Source: Candidatus Magasanikiibacteriota bacterium (GTDB lineage Bacteria > Patescibacteriota > Patescibacteriia > Magasanikbacterales > GWA2-37-8). From it: a stretch of 64,000 nt of DNA. The stretch is taken from assembly GCA_041666745.1 (NCBI GenBank), contig JBAYGI010000003.1, positions 76,782 to 140,781 of the forward strand. The letters are read 5' to 3'. The notes beneath the pieces were generated by a model. That model had not been told where the DNA came from. It searched no databases and worked only from the letters and a program-made list of their open reading frames with translations. The translations under genes were made by a program, and so were the position numbers. Below are positions 1 through 10,040 of the stretch, one piece after another; positions within the stretch are counted from its first letter, which is position 1, and each line of letters begins with the position of its first letter.

Positions 1-623
1 GAAATATGACCAAAACTACCTGTTTTTTTACCTCTATAGTCCGAACCAAGTGCGTCACAGTTGTCTTCTATAAGCCACAGGCCTTTTTCTTGACAAAATT
101 CAGCAATTTTATCTACTTCATAGGGATTACCAAGTGTGTGTGCAATAATCACCGCTCTTGTTTTATCAGAAAATGCTTTTTTAATTGAATCTAAACTCGG
201 ATTATAGTAACCAAGCTCAACATCAACGAATACTGGAACTAAACCATTGGTAATTATAGGATTAATAGTAGTTGGAAAACCAGCAGCAACAGTTATAACC
301 TCGTCACCTGGTTTTAATCTTTTATTTTCCGGTAATTTTTTTGAGGTTAAAGCCGTAATAGCTATTAAATTAGCAGAAGAACCAGAATTCACCAAAGAAC
401 AACTTTTAACCCCAATAAATGAAGCGATTTTTTGCTCTAACTGTTGAGAATATGTTCCTTCTGTCCACCAACCCTCCAAAACCGCTTCAGTGGCCATCAA
501 TATTTCATTCTCATCAAAAATTTTACCGGAAACTGGAACAATTGATTCTCCTGGAATGAATGTTTTTCCAGGGAAATTATTTTTATATTCATTTATTAAT
601 AGCGTTTTAAGATCTTGATTCAT
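1..623 (-). CDS. rfbH: CDP-6-deoxy-D-xylo-4-hexulose-3-dehydrase (E1; RfbH/DdhC-like DegT-family PLP enzyme), N-terminal ~207 aa only; the C-terminus lies beyond the window start
   Basis: Manual minus-strand translation from the ATG at 623-621 gives MNQDLKTLLINEYKNNFPGKTFIPGESIVPVSGKIFDENEILMATEAVLEGWWTEGTYSQQ...SGSSANLIAITALTS...KPGDEVITVAAGFPTTINPI...VPVFVDVELGYYN...IIAHTLGNPY...LWLIEDNCDALGS. It is collinear with the E1 dehydrase and open to position 1. It is absent from the ORF track because it runs off the edge. The start overlaps the stop of the 607-1866 ORF by 17 nt. Confidence 0.7.
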   Translation of the reverse strand, partial: MNQDLKTLLINEYKNNFPGKTFIPGESIVPVSGKIFDENEILMATEAVLEGWWTEGTYSQQLEQKIASFIGVKSCSLVNSGSSANLIAITALTSKKLPENKRLKPGDEVITVAAGFPTTINPIITNGLVPVFVDVELGYYNPSLDSIKKAFSDKTRAVIIAHTLGNPYEVDKIAEFCQEKGLWLIEDNCDALGSDYRGKKTGSFGHI

Positions 624-1866
624 AGGTTTTTTTAGAATATTCTTTAAAAATTATAATTAAAAATATCAAGATATAAATTGGTCTAAATACGAATAATAAC
701 GAGCCAGGCATTGTTTGAAACCATGTCACTAACAACGGTTCTGAAAAAATTAGAAATATCAAAATATCTAAAAAAAACTGTTTTTTTAAACTAAAAATCT
801 TACGTTCTCTCAACCACCACCAGATTAACAACAAAAATAACAAGTGGACACCGTTGTATATCAGGGAAACACTCGGTATCAATATCATCAAGCTGGTAAA
901 AAACGCAAACTCAGCCAATACAAAAAATTCATCAGTTGAAGTTTTGTTTATTTTTATCCGACGATACAATGCGAGGAAGAAAAAAGCAACACTAAATAAT
1001 ATTAATATTGAATAAACTGATCGACTGGTAGAAAACGACATTATTGAACGAGTTAAGCGATTATAAAATATGCCCATTAGGCCGTTATTAAATATGGAAG
1101 AAGTTGCCCAACTACCTGAAAATAATGTTAAATTATCGACGAATTTCAATAAACGATCAACTCCTAACAATACTGATCCAAATATTAAAGTAAATAAGGA
1201 TGCAAAAAATGCTTTTTTATTTTTAAGAAATAAATATGGAATAAAAATCACTGGCGTCAGTTTAAGTAACGCAGCGATACCAATAAAAAATCCAGCCGAT
1301 TTTGAACTATTTTTAGTTAAAAAATAGAAAGACAAAGCAAGACAAAACAACACCAATATATCAGTTTGACCGTGCGCTAAATGCATCCAAATAATTGGGG
1401 ACAATAAGAACAACGTTCCAATAACCAAACGAGTTAAAACCTTATTGACTGCAAAATTAGTAACTAGAAAAATAGATACTCCAAACATTATCAAAATTAA
1501 ATATGAATACCAGGTAAATGCTGTATGCAGAGAAAAAAAAGACAATGGAACAAAAATAAAAGCCAACAATGGAGGGTAAATAAAGCGCGAAATACCGCGT
1601 TCGTGTTCGCCAGGTAAAAATTCATTATCATTTTTAACAACATAAAATTCACCTACAGTGCGCAATCTATATCCAGCAAAATAAAATGTAGTAAAATCTC
1701 TTCCACCACCTGCCAAACCTTCCCCATAAATATGATGAAAATTTAGTGGTGAAATATTAAACGCTGCAACTTCCACTACTAAAATTGCTAAGCCTAGCAA
1801 GTAAAGAATCCAAATATAAAAAGAACGATAGTTTAATATATTGGCCATTAATTTTTTAAGAAACAT
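607..1866 (-). CDS. Polytopic integral membrane protein, GT-C-fold glycosyltransferase-like (DUF2029/GT87-like)
   Basis: 419-aa ORF with more than 10 hydrophobic helices. Motifs HGQTDILVLFCLALSFYF...GIAALLKLTPVIFIPY are typical of GT-C/DUF2029 membrane glycosyltransferases. It sits in the glycan operon. Confidence 0.45.
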   Translation of the reverse strand: MFLKKLMANILNYRSFYIWILYLLGLAILVVEVAAFNISPLNFHHIYGEGLAGGGRDFTTFYFAGYRLRTVGEFYVVKNDNEFLPGEHERGISRFIYPPLLAFIFVPLSFFSLHTAFTWYSYLILIMFGVSIFLVTNFAVNKVLTRLVIGTLFLLSPIIWMHLAHGQTDILVLFCLALSFYFLTKNSSKSAGFFIGIAALLKLTPVIFIPYLFLKNKKAFFASLFTLIFGSVLLGVDRLLKFVDNLTLFSGSWATSSIFNNGLMGIFYNRLTRSIMSFSTSRSVYSILILFSVAFFFLALYRRIKINKTSTDEFFVLAEFAFFTSLMILIPSVSLIYNGVHLLFLLLIWWWLRERKIFSLKKQFFLDILIFLIFSEPLLVTWFQTMPGSLLFVFRPIYILIFLIIIFKEYSKKTYESRS

Positions 1867-1898
1867 ACTGAATTTTTATTAATTTATTCAACATATTA

Positions 1899-2846
1899 TC
1901 ACTCAAAATTTACTCTTTCTTTTTCAATTACCATTGGCCGATGCTTAACTTGAGTATAAATAGCGCCGATATATTCCCCCAGTATGCCAATAAAAAATAA
2001 TTGCACAGAAGAAAAAAAGAAAATACCAATTATTAAAGGGGCGAGACCGAGCTGAAATTCTTGCCAATACAACAATTTATATGCCAGATAGATAATGGCA
2101 ATAATAAAACTAATTACCGAGATAATAAAACCTATAAAACTAGCCATGCGCAAAGGAACTTTTGAGTGGTTAACAAAGCCTAACATCGCCACATCATACA
2201 AAGTATAAAAATTATTTTTTGACTTGCCTTTTTTTCTCTCGAATTGTGTATAGAATATCTCAGTACGCTCAAAACCAATTTCGTTAATAAGACCGCGAAA
2301 ATATGGATACGGATCATTTATCTGTCTCAATACTTCAATAAATTTACGATCATATAATCCATACCCAAAAAAATTATTTATCTGTTCAATTTCTGCAAAT
2401 TTTTTAATTAGGGTATAGTATATTTTTCTAATAAAAAACATTAGCGGATTTTCAAGGCTTTTGTTTTTAATACCTATTACAACTTTATAACCTTCCTCCC
2501 ACTTCTTAATAAATTCTTTCATCAAAATGGGCGGATCTTGCAAATCGCTAAGCAACATGATAACGGCATCACCTCGTGCTTGCAATAAAGCATGGATAGG
2601 CGAACAGATATGACCAAAATTACGAGTATTTACAATAATTTTTACATTTTTATCCAATTGTGCTATTTGTTTCAAAATACTCACTGTCCTATCTGTAGAG
2701 GCGTTATCGATGAAAATATGTTCATAATCATAATGTAACAAACCAACAAATACAGCCTTCGTTTGTTCATACACATCGCTAACGTTGTCCTCTTCATTAA
2801 AACATGGGGTAACTACACTAATTTTTTTTCTTTGATCAACTATCAT
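1899..2846 (-). CDS. GT2-family glycosyltransferase, polyprenyl-phosphate sugar synthase type (DPM1/ArnC-like) with C-terminal TM helices
   Basis: ISVVTPCFNEEDNV...IFIDNASTDRT...DAVIMLLSDLQDPP GT2 signature plus two C-terminal hydrophobic helices. Confidence 0.7.
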   Translation of the reverse strand: MIVDQRKKISVVTPCFNEEDNVSDVYEQTKAVFVGLLHYDYEHIFIDNASTDRTVSILKQIAQLDKNVKIIVNTRNFGHICSPIHALLQARGDAVIMLLSDLQDPPILMKEFIKKWEEGYKVVIGIKNKSLENPLMFFIRKIYYTLIKKFAEIEQINNFFGYGLYDRKFIEVLRQINDPYPYFRGLINEIGFERTEIFYTQFERKKGKSKNNFYTLYDVAMLGFVNHSKVPLRMASFIGFIISVISFIIAIIYLAYKLLYWQEFQLGLAPLIIGIFFFSSVQLFFIGILGEYIGAIYTQVKHRPMVIEKERVNFE

Positions 2847-2858
2847 AAATTATTAACA

Positions 2859-3746
2859 TTATTCAAATAAAATATCCTCTTTTTTAATAGTATTAATTTG
2901 TTTGGAGTAAAATAAAAATAATTTACTAATCGCCTCGTCAATTTTGGTAAATTTTAAATCAGGTATTTCTTTCCTTAAACGAGTAATATCACAGGAATAT
3001 TCTTTATTAAAACCGTCTTTTTTTATTTTTATTTCTAAATTTTTCCCCGACTGTTGTTTTATCTTTTTGGCAACATCTGACAACAAAACCCTCTGGCCGG
3101 TGCCGACATTATATGTTTTTTCTTTTCCTTGGTGGATGATAAAATAATCAACAATTTTAACAAAATCATCCACAAAAATATAATCAAAATATACATCCTG
3201 ATTAATTGAAATTGGTAAATTTAATAAAGCACGACAAATATTGTTGGAAATAAATCGAATACAACAATCTTCATATTTTCCAAATATTCCAAAAATTCTC
3301 AAATGAGTAATAAAATCTACTCGTTGCGCATATTGGGCACAAATATATTTATATAAACCATACCTATCAGTCGGAACTTTTTTGTCAAAATCAACTTCTT
3401 GAACATGAGAGATGTCATCTTGTTTACCATATTCAGCGCCAGAACCAAATGTTATCATTCTACCAAAATATCTATGACAGCGAGCAATATTAAAAAACAT
3501 GCTCAAATTCATCGATAGAACATCATCCGAATCTTTTTGTAGTCGGGTGCCACCCAAATTTGCTCCATGAATAACAAGATCAGGGCGACAGTTTTTTATA
3601 TAATTCTGCACTGCCGTGGAATCGCACAGATTTAATTCCGTACTACGCGGAGTAATAAAATTATATTTGTCACCAAGCAAATTTAATATGTTTTTGCCAA
3701 TAAACCCCCCACTTCCGGTGAGTAAAATTTTTATTTTATTTTTCAT
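2859..3746 (-). CDS. NDP-sugar 3,5-epimerase/4-reductase (GDP-L-fucose-synthase-like SDR)
   Basis: N-terminal Rossmann motif LLTGSGGFIGKNI. The pattern ...PRSTELNLCDSTAVQNYIKNCRPDLVIHGANLGG... matches Fcl/GER-type epimerase-reductases. Length 295 aa. Confidence 0.6.
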   Translation of the reverse strand: MKNKIKILLTGSGGFIGKNILNLLGDKYNFITPRSTELNLCDSTAVQNYIKNCRPDLVIHGANLGGTRLQKDSDDVLSMNLSMFFNIARCHRYFGRMITFGSGAEYGKQDDISHVQEVDFDKKVPTDRYGLYKYICAQYAQRVDFITHLRIFGIFGKYEDCCIRFISNNICRALLNLPISINQDVYFDYIFVDDFVKIVDYFIIHQGKEKTYNVGTGQRVLLSDVAKKIKQQSGKNLEIKIKKDGFNKEYSCDITRLRKEIPDLKFTKIDEAISKLFLFYSKQINTIKKEDILFE

Positions 3747-4381
3747 ACCAAAATATCTAATATTTCTTGAGGATTATCAACAACATACTCCGGCTCAGCA
3801 GCATTCAACTTAATTTTATCATGAAACCCCCAAGTAACTGCCAACATTTTCACACCAACACACTTACCATCAATAATATCACCCACGGTATCAGTAATAA
3901 AATAGCAATCAGAAGGTTGGAGTTTTAAACTTTCAACCAAAGACTCAACAACACCAGCCTTACCGTTTTTGTTAATTCCTAAAATTTCAAAGAATGATGA
4001 ACGTAAGCCATTCATTTCTAATATTTTTTCAATTTGAATTTTGGGAGCACTCGAAACTATAGCCATATGATCATAACCCGCTAATTGTATTTTTTTTACC
4101 ATTTCCTCCGCAAAATCATATAACTTGGTTCGCGAATAGTAATTATCGAAAACAGAATATTTTAGCACTTTGAATTCTTCTAATTTTCTCGGCTCTAAAG
4201 CCAAGAGCTTTTCCAAATTACCATGAAAATTTGAATTCAAAAAAAGGTTAGAATATTCTACCGCTGATATTTCCCGATCAAAGTGTGAACAGACAAAAAC
4301 ATGCATTTTATGTAACTCGTCAAAAGAGTTGTTTAACACCCCATCAAAATCAAATATTATAATCTTTTTTCTACTAATCAT
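3743..4381 (-). CDS. HAD-superfamily hydrolase (phosphatase, HAD-IA-like)
   Basis: N-terminal IIIFDFDGVLNNS (DxDG motif I). 212 aa. 4-nt overlap with the downstream gene. Confidence 0.6.
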   Translation of the reverse strand: MISRKKIIIFDFDGVLNNSFDELHKMHVFVCSHFDREISAVEYSNLFLNSNFHGNLEKLLALEPRKLEEFKVLKYSVFDNYYSRTKLYDFAEEMVKKIQLAGYDHMAIVSSAPKIQIEKILEMNGLRSSFFEILGINKNGKAGVVESLVESLKLQPSDCYFITDTVGDIIDGKCVGVKMLAVTWGFHDKIKLNAAEPEYVVDNPQEILDILV

Positions 4382-4382
4382 A

Positions 4383-4949
4383 CTAAAATCTTTTTATAAT
4401 AGCTTTCATAAAAGCTCCAACATCACGCGGATGGCGACAGGTAATAATATTGTCATCTTCCACAACCGGCTGATTCTCATAAATTGCACCACAATTTTTC
4501 AAATCATCCATTATACCTACATAACAAGTAGCGTGCTTATTTTTTAAAATTCCAGCAGAAATCAATACCCATGGGCCATGGCAAAAAGCTGCAATGATTT
4601 TTTTTGATTCATACATTTTGCGCACAAAATCCAAAACTTCCGGTATCTGTCGAACACGATCGGGAGCTTCAAAACCACCTGGTATTAAAACAAGATCGTA
4701 ATTGTCTAGATTTAACTTGGTAGAATCGATTAACTGTCCATAATATCGAATTAACAGTTCTAGAGGAAAATTCAAACGACCATTTACCATTTTTTTATCT
4801 TTTGTAGCGATGTCTATTTTAAACCCTTCTTCATGCAAACGAATAACGGGATAGATTACCTCCTCATCTTCAAAACCTTCAGCTGTAATTATCACGGCTC
4901 TTTTTGTCAGGTTGCTCATATTATTAAAATTCCTAATTAATTTAAACAT
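4383..4949 (-). CDS. DJ-1/PfpI-family protein (class I glutamine-amidotransferase-like / intracellular protease fold)
   Basis: RAVIITAEGFEDEE...LVLIPGGFEAPD...IIAAFCHGPWVLISAGIL, with the conserved nucleophile-elbow Cys in CHGP. Confidence 0.7.
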   Translation of the reverse strand: MFKLIRNFNNMSNLTKRAVIITAEGFEDEEVIYPVIRLHEEGFKIDIATKDKKMVNGRLNFPLELLIRYYGQLIDSTKLNLDNYDLVLIPGGFEAPDRVRQIPEVLDFVRKMYESKKIIAAFCHGPWVLISAGILKNKHATCYVGIMDDLKNCGAIYENQPVVEDDNIITCRHPRDVGAFMKAIIKRF

Positions 4950-6732
4950 TATTCATATTTTTTGAATATTCATCCCTTTTCAAAAACGGAAACATATCTT
5001 CCAAGGGTTTACTATCCATAGTACCATCAGAATTTTTCATGGAATATACTTTTGGAATCAGAGGCTGGAAAGCAGACATATTGATTTCGCAAACAACCGG
5101 CCCCTTACTTTTTAATACTTTATCTATTTTTTTTTCGATACCCTTATGATCTTTTATTCGAGAATATTGAATACCAAAAGCAGCAACTACTTTTCTAAAG
5201 TCTGGGAAACTCACCCCCGAAGAAGGATCGCTCGCTTCTAGGTCGCCGCCAAAAAATGAATTCTGGGTATTTCTGATAGCCAAATAACCTTGGTTGTTTA
5301 ACAAAAATACTTTTATTGGGAGATTGTGATGTTTGATAGTCTGTAGCTCCTGAATATTCATCATGATACTACCGTCACCGGTAATGAGGATGACTCTTTT
5401 TTTGTCATTTGCAAAACAAGCTCCAATCGCAGCTGGCAAATCATAACCCATGGCAGCACAACCAACATTGCTAATCAACCTTTGATTTTTCTTTATTTTA
5501 AAACACTGTAAAGTGGCGGTGAATGATGTACCAACACCAGTCAAAATTATTTCACCTTTTTTCAACAAAGAGGCTAAAACTTCGGTGAAATAATATGAAT
5601 TTACAAAATTCTTTTCATCTTTATACTCTGGTAAAACTACTGGATATTTTTCTTTCCACGCAATACAACGACTAACCCAATCGCTTGAATCTTTCCACTC
5701 ACCATCACTGGTCATGTTTAGTACCTCATTTAAAAAAACCTTGGCATCAATATTAATTGGCAAATCGGGATGAATGGTTTTTTTCGATAATTCCAACTTA
5801 TCAATATCAATAACTATTTTTTTGGATTTTTTGGCAAATTCGTTATAGTTATATCCAATATTCCAAAGATGATGCCGAACTCCAACACTAATTAATAAAT
5901 CACAATTTTGTACGGCAAAATTTCCGGCACGATCGCCAAATACACCTGGCCGCCCAACGCACAAACCATGTTCGCTTGGTATTAAATCATGCGCTGACAT
6001 AGAAGTAACTACCGGAATCTGTAATTTTTCAATAACCTTCATTAAAACATCTTCACCCTTTGCCAACCTAATACCATGACCGATAAATAACAAGGGGCGT
6101 TTTGCTGAATTAATCATTTTTTTAAAATCAGAAATTTTTGGAGACAAACTATTATCAACAAACTTTTCCTCCATGTCCGGTTTAAAACCTAATAATTCGT
6201 CTGTATTTACTATAGCCGATTGAACATCTGACGGTACATCAATGAGTACTGGCCCCGGTCGGCCAGATTTTGCCAAATAAACAGCTTTTTCTAGGTGATA
6301 TCTTATATCTTTTTGATCTAATACAACTACAGCATATTTGGAAATAGTTTTTACCAAATTAGGAGCATCTACCTCTTGAACCCCTAATTGCCTCAAACCA
6401 CTACCCCCGATCATATTGTCCCTTTTGACTTGTCCCGAGATATATAAAACTGGGATAGAATCAAGCCATGCGCCGGCAATACCGGTGATGGTGTTAGTTA
6501 ATCCTGGTCCAACAGTAGCCATACAAACCCCAATATTTTGATTTATTCGAGAATAACTTTCAGCGGCCATAGCTGACGCTTGTTCATGGTGATTGCAAAC
6601 ATATTTTAATTTATTATTTTTGGCTATCGAATCAATCATTTGCACGTTGCAACCACCAGAAATCAAAAAGACGTGCTTTACACCAAGTGTTGAAATAAAT
6701 TTTGCTATATAATCGGATACTTTAATTTTCAT
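4942..6732 (-). CDS. Thiamine-diphosphate-dependent enzyme, acetolactate-synthase large-subunit-like (YerE-like candidate branched-chain-sugar synthase), paralog 1
   Basis: 596 aa. The N-terminus reads SDYIAKFISTLGVKHVFLISGG...CNHHEQASAMAAESYSRI...GVCMATVGPGLTNTITGIAGAWLDSIPVLYISGQ, the ThDP pyrimidine-binding domain. The C-terminal ThDP-binding region reads GDGSIMMNIQELQT. Confidence 0.75.
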   Translation of the reverse strand: MKIKVSDYIAKFISTLGVKHVFLISGGCNVQMIDSIAKNNKLKYVCNHHEQASAMAAESYSRINQNIGVCMATVGPGLTNTITGIAGAWLDSIPVLYISGQVKRDNMIGGSGLRQLGVQEVDAPNLVKTISKYAVVVLDQKDIRYHLEKAVYLAKSGRPGPVLIDVPSDVQSAIVNTDELLGFKPDMEEKFVDNSLSPKISDFKKMINSAKRPLLFIGHGIRLAKGEDVLMKVIEKLQIPVVTSMSAHDLIPSEHGLCVGRPGVFGDRAGNFAVQNCDLLISVGVRHHLWNIGYNYNEFAKKSKKIVIDIDKLELSKKTIHPDLPINIDAKVFLNEVLNMTSDGEWKDSSDWVSRCIAWKEKYPVVLPEYKDEKNFVNSYYFTEVLASLLKKGEIILTGVGTSFTATLQCFKIKKNQRLISNVGCAAMGYDLPAAIGACFANDKKRVILITGDGSIMMNIQELQTIKHHNLPIKVFLLNNQGYLAIRNTQNSFFGGDLEASDPSSGVSFPDFRKVVAAFGIQYSRIKDHKGIEKKIDKVLKSKGPVVCEINMSAFQPLIPKVYSMKNSDGTMDSKPLEDMFPFLKRDEYSKNMNNV

Positions 6733-6735
6733 AGA

Positions 6736-7476
6736 TTATCGAATTAGTAGAAATCGAATTGAATTTTGGGACAAACAATCTTGTTCCAACTTACTACCAA
6801 CATGCAGTACTTCACCTAATAAAGAATAATTATTATCATCGTGCGCAATCGGACAAATTATATCACTCGGATGCAAAATAGTACAGGCGAGATCGGTGGT
6901 ACTTATCAAAGACATGATTCTATTTTTAAAACTTTTTTCGATATCAGTTTTGGCAAAGGCGTGATACTCAAAACCACTAAGATCTCTAGTTGTTTCTGAA
7001 ACACCCTCATAACCTTTATTTTCTCTCCCATAAGCATCCCTCAGACGTATAAGATCACCTTTGTTGGGTGGATTTTCTATTTCAATCACATATGCACCAC
7101 CATTGGATATGGCCAAGGTAGAATGAAAAACTCCATTATCTATCATAATAGCCTCTTTTTCTGACAACAAAAATGTGTCGGTGAGGGACGAAGTTTCAAT
7201 TTTCCCATGCAGATTTATCAATGATGTTTTCTTGTTGGGGTGACAATGCATAGAAGTCTTCATACCATTTTTTATATACAAAAACCAAATTGCCACATGT
7301 TTATTTTCAAAAAGCAAATATTCGTAACCCCATGGTTTGCGCACTACCAGCCCATTATAATCGGGATTATCAGAGAATATCGGTACAGACTTTTGCAAGG
7401 ATAGATTAGCCAAGTCAAATTGTGAACGAAAGATTTTGTTAATCATACAAGCCAAGGAGCGCAATTTTTGTCGCAA
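6736..7476 (-). CDS. Cupin-domain protein (sugar isomerase/epimerase-like bicupin)
   Basis: VVRKPWGYEYLLFENKHVAIWFLYIKNG...MHCHPNKKTS matches the cupin motifs seen in mannose-6-P-isomerase-type proteins. 34-nt overlap with the upstream rfbF paralog. Confidence 0.45.
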   Translation of the reverse strand: MRQKLRSLACMINKIFRSQFDLANLSLQKSVPIFSDNPDYNGLVVRKPWGYEYLLFENKHVAIWFLYIKNGMKTSMHCHPNKKTSLINLHGKIETSSLTDTFLLSEKEAIMIDNGVFHSTLAISNGGAYVIEIENPPNKGDLIRLRDAYGRENKGYEGVSETTRDLSGFEYHAFAKTDIEKSFKNRIMSLISTTDLACTILHPSDIICPIAHDDNNYSLLGEVLHVGSKLEQDCLSQNSIRFLLIR

Positions 7477-8231
7477 AGATCATTTAAGAATTTATACTCT
7501 CTGTCATTGTCCAAACACTGCCAGAAACCACTATGATGGTAAATTTTTAATTGGCCAGTGGTAGATAATTTTTCAAAAACACTATTATTGTGCTCAATTG
7601 AACATTCGTCAAAAGTAGTTAAATAATTAAAGATACTTTGTCGTAGAACTATAAAACCACCACTAACAACACCAGCCAAGCTATTTAATTTGGAAACCGG
7701 ACTATAAAATATTGATGTGTCGTTTTTTAGGACAAACTCACCATAGCGAAAGGGAGGCAAAACTCCAGTGACAGTGACAGAAAGATTGTGATTCTTGTGA
7801 AAATCTAGAAGTTTATTCAAATCTAAATCTGACAAACAATCAGCATAAGTGGCAAAAAAATCACCTTCATCTAAATATTTTTTACAACGGTACAGACGAG
7901 CACCCGTACCCGCCGATTCACCCGTATCAACGAAAGTTATTTTCCAATCATTTTCTTGGTTGGATGTTAGATGTTCTACCTCCTGATTAGAATTTTTTAA
8001 ATCCAAAACAACATCATTAGTATTGCGATTGTAATTAAAAAAATAATCTCTAATCGACTCTCCCCCACTACCCAAAGCGAGCACAAAATCTTTGTGACCA
8101 TATTTGGCAAAAATTTTCATTACATGCCACAATATTGGTTTACCGGCAATTTTAATCATAGCTTTTGGCACAAAGCTATTCATATTTTTTAAGCGCATCC
8201 CTTGTCCACCACAGAATATTACGGTTTTCAT
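7443..8231 (-). CDS. Glucose-1-phosphate cytidylyltransferase-like nucleotidyltransferase (RfbF/DdhA paralog 1)
   Basis: MKTVIFCGGQGMRLKNMNSFVPKAMIKIAGKPILWHVMKIFAKYGHKDFVLALG, the NTP-transferase signature shared with RfbF. 262 aa. Confidence 0.7.
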   Translation of the reverse strand: MKTVIFCGGQGMRLKNMNSFVPKAMIKIAGKPILWHVMKIFAKYGHKDFVLALGSGGESIRDYFFNYNRNTNDVVLDLKNSNQEVEHLTSNQENDWKITFVDTGESAGTGARLYRCKKYLDEGDFFATYADCLSDLDLNKLLDFHKNHNLSVTVTGVLPPFRYGEFVLKNDTSIFYSPVSKLNSLAGVVSGGFIVLRQSIFNYLTTFDECSIEHNNSVFEKLSTTGQLKIYHHSGFWQCLDNDREYKFLNDLCDKNCAPWLV

Positions 8232-8237
8232 ATATAT

Positions 8238-10037
8238 CTAAGATAATATTTGTTTAATTTCTTTCATTTCTTTTTCTGACAAGAAGGGGTACATGTCATC
8301 AATTGAAGTAGAAACAAGCTTGCCGTCTGGCAATTTTTTCGAAGACACTGTGGGGATAATCAAATGATTTGTTTGACAAATAATTTCGCAAATTTCCGGT
8401 CCGGTAGAATCTAAAACTTTTTTAAGTTTATTATTTATATTAATACTATTGCTAATTCTAGTAAATTTTATGCCATAGGCACCAGCAATCTTCTTTGTTG
8501 AAGGAAAACTTACTCCACTGGATTCGCTTTCTCCAATTAATCTTTTTTCTAAAAATAGAGACTGGGTATTCCGAATTGAAAGATAACCGTTGTTGTTTAA
8601 TACAAAAATTTTTATTGGCAATTTATTATAAACGATTGTTTGTAATTCATGGATATTTGTTTGAAACGAGCCGTCACCAACTATACAAATTACTCTGTTT
8701 TTTTTATTAGCCAGACAAGCACCAGTACTCGCGGGCAGTGCAAAACCCATTGATCCGCTAGAACTTGGTAATATCAAACGCTGACCTTTCTTAATTTTTA
8801 TTGCTTGTCTAACTACGTAAAAGGCGGAGCCGGCATCGGTCGTTATAATATCTTTGTTATTCATAACGTCAGAAATTTTATCAACAAAGTGATGAATATT
8901 CAAAGGAGTTTGTTTGGCATATTCTGGCAAACAAACCGGATATGATTCACGTAAATTACGACAAATATTTGACCAATTTGATTTGAAGCTAAATGTTAAA
9001 TTGTTTAGCCGTTCCGATAATTTATCAAGAAACACTTTGGCATCAGAGATAACCAGAAGATCTATCTTGATAGTTTTTTTCTTGTGTTCAGTACCATCTA
9101 TGTCCACCACAATCTTTTTTGCATCAGGCGCAAATTTTTCATATTCATAACCGATCAGAGGAACACTTAAACGTGAACCAATACTTATAATAAGATCGGA
9201 ATTTTGAATTGTCATATTAGCAGCCCTTTCCCCTTTCGTACCAATTCGACCAACAAAAAGTGGGTGAGAATCATGTATTATATCTACCCCCATAATGCCA
9301 GAAACAACTGGAATGTTAAGCTTCGCTATTAAACTATTAAATTCATCTACGGCACCAGCTATGCGAATACCATTACCCGCTACTATTACCGGTTTGCGAG
9401 CTTTTTTGAGTAATTTTATAATTTTTTCTATTTTTTTATCTAATTCAGTGTCGTGGTCACTTATTGATTTAACATCGGGATGAAAACCTTTTAATTCTTC
9501 AACATTAATGAATGACCCTTGAATGTCTACTGGTATATCAAGCCAGACAGGACCCGGTCTTCCATTTTTAGCGAGATAAATCGCCTTTTCTAGATGATAC
9601 CTAATTCCTTTAGGATCATCCACTACAACCGCATACTTAGTCATACTCTTAACTACCGGTAATATATCAACGGCTAGAGCACCAAACTGTCTCAAACCGG
9701 GAATGTGTGCTTCGTGGACAGTTTCCTTTTTTTTGCATTGCCCAGAAATAATTAGACAGGGAGTAGAGTCTTGCCAAGCACACATCAAACCCGTAATGGT
9801 ATTGGTGCCACCTGGGCCAGAAGTTACCATTGCTACACCAATTTTGCCTGTTATCCGGGCATAGCTATCTGCAGCCATTACTGATGCCTGCTCATGATGA
9901 TTACATGTGAATTTTATTTTTTTATGACAAGCCACAGCATCATTTAGATACATCGCACCACCACCAGTAACTAAAAATATATGACCAACGCCTAAATCAT
10001 ATAAAGTAGAAACAATGTAATCACTTACTCTTATCAT
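8238..10037 (-). CDS. Thiamine-diphosphate-dependent enzyme, acetolactate-synthase large-subunit-like, paralog 2
   Basis: 599 aa and collinear with the 4942-6732 paralog: SDYIVSTLYDLGVGHIFLVTGG...CNHHEQASVMAADSYARI...GPGGTNTITGLMCAWQDSTPCLIISGQ...GDGSFQTNIHELQT. Confidence 0.75.
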   Translation of the reverse strand: MIRVSDYIVSTLYDLGVGHIFLVTGGGAMYLNDAVACHKKIKFTCNHHEQASVMAADSYARITGKIGVAMVTSGPGGTNTITGLMCAWQDSTPCLIISGQCKKKETVHEAHIPGLRQFGALAVDILPVVKSMTKYAVVVDDPKGIRYHLEKAIYLAKNGRPGPVWLDIPVDIQGSFINVEELKGFHPDVKSISDHDTELDKKIEKIIKLLKKARKPVIVAGNGIRIAGAVDEFNSLIAKLNIPVVSGIMGVDIIHDSHPLFVGRIGTKGERAANMTIQNSDLIISIGSRLSVPLIGYEYEKFAPDAKKIVVDIDGTEHKKKTIKIDLLVISDAKVFLDKLSERLNNLTFSFKSNWSNICRNLRESYPVCLPEYAKQTPLNIHHFVDKISDVMNNKDIITTDAGSAFYVVRQAIKIKKGQRLILPSSSGSMGFALPASTGACLANKKNRVICIVGDGSFQTNIHELQTIVYNKLPIKIFVLNNNGYLSIRNTQSLFLEKRLIGESESSGVSFPSTKKIAGAYGIKFTRISNSININNKLKKVLDSTGPEICEIICQTNHLIIPTVSSKKLPDGKLVSTSIDDMYPFLSEKEMKEIKQILS

Positions 10038-10040
10038 ATA

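Noticed and set aside
1070-1327. Antisense small ORFs inside long genes, e.g. 1070-1327, 8495-8710, 27317-27568, 57852-58280 and many within the giant gene
   Set aside because: Each is fully embedded opposite a well-supported longer CDS, with low-complexity translations. These are typical antisense artefacts of AT-rich, repeat-rich coding DNA.
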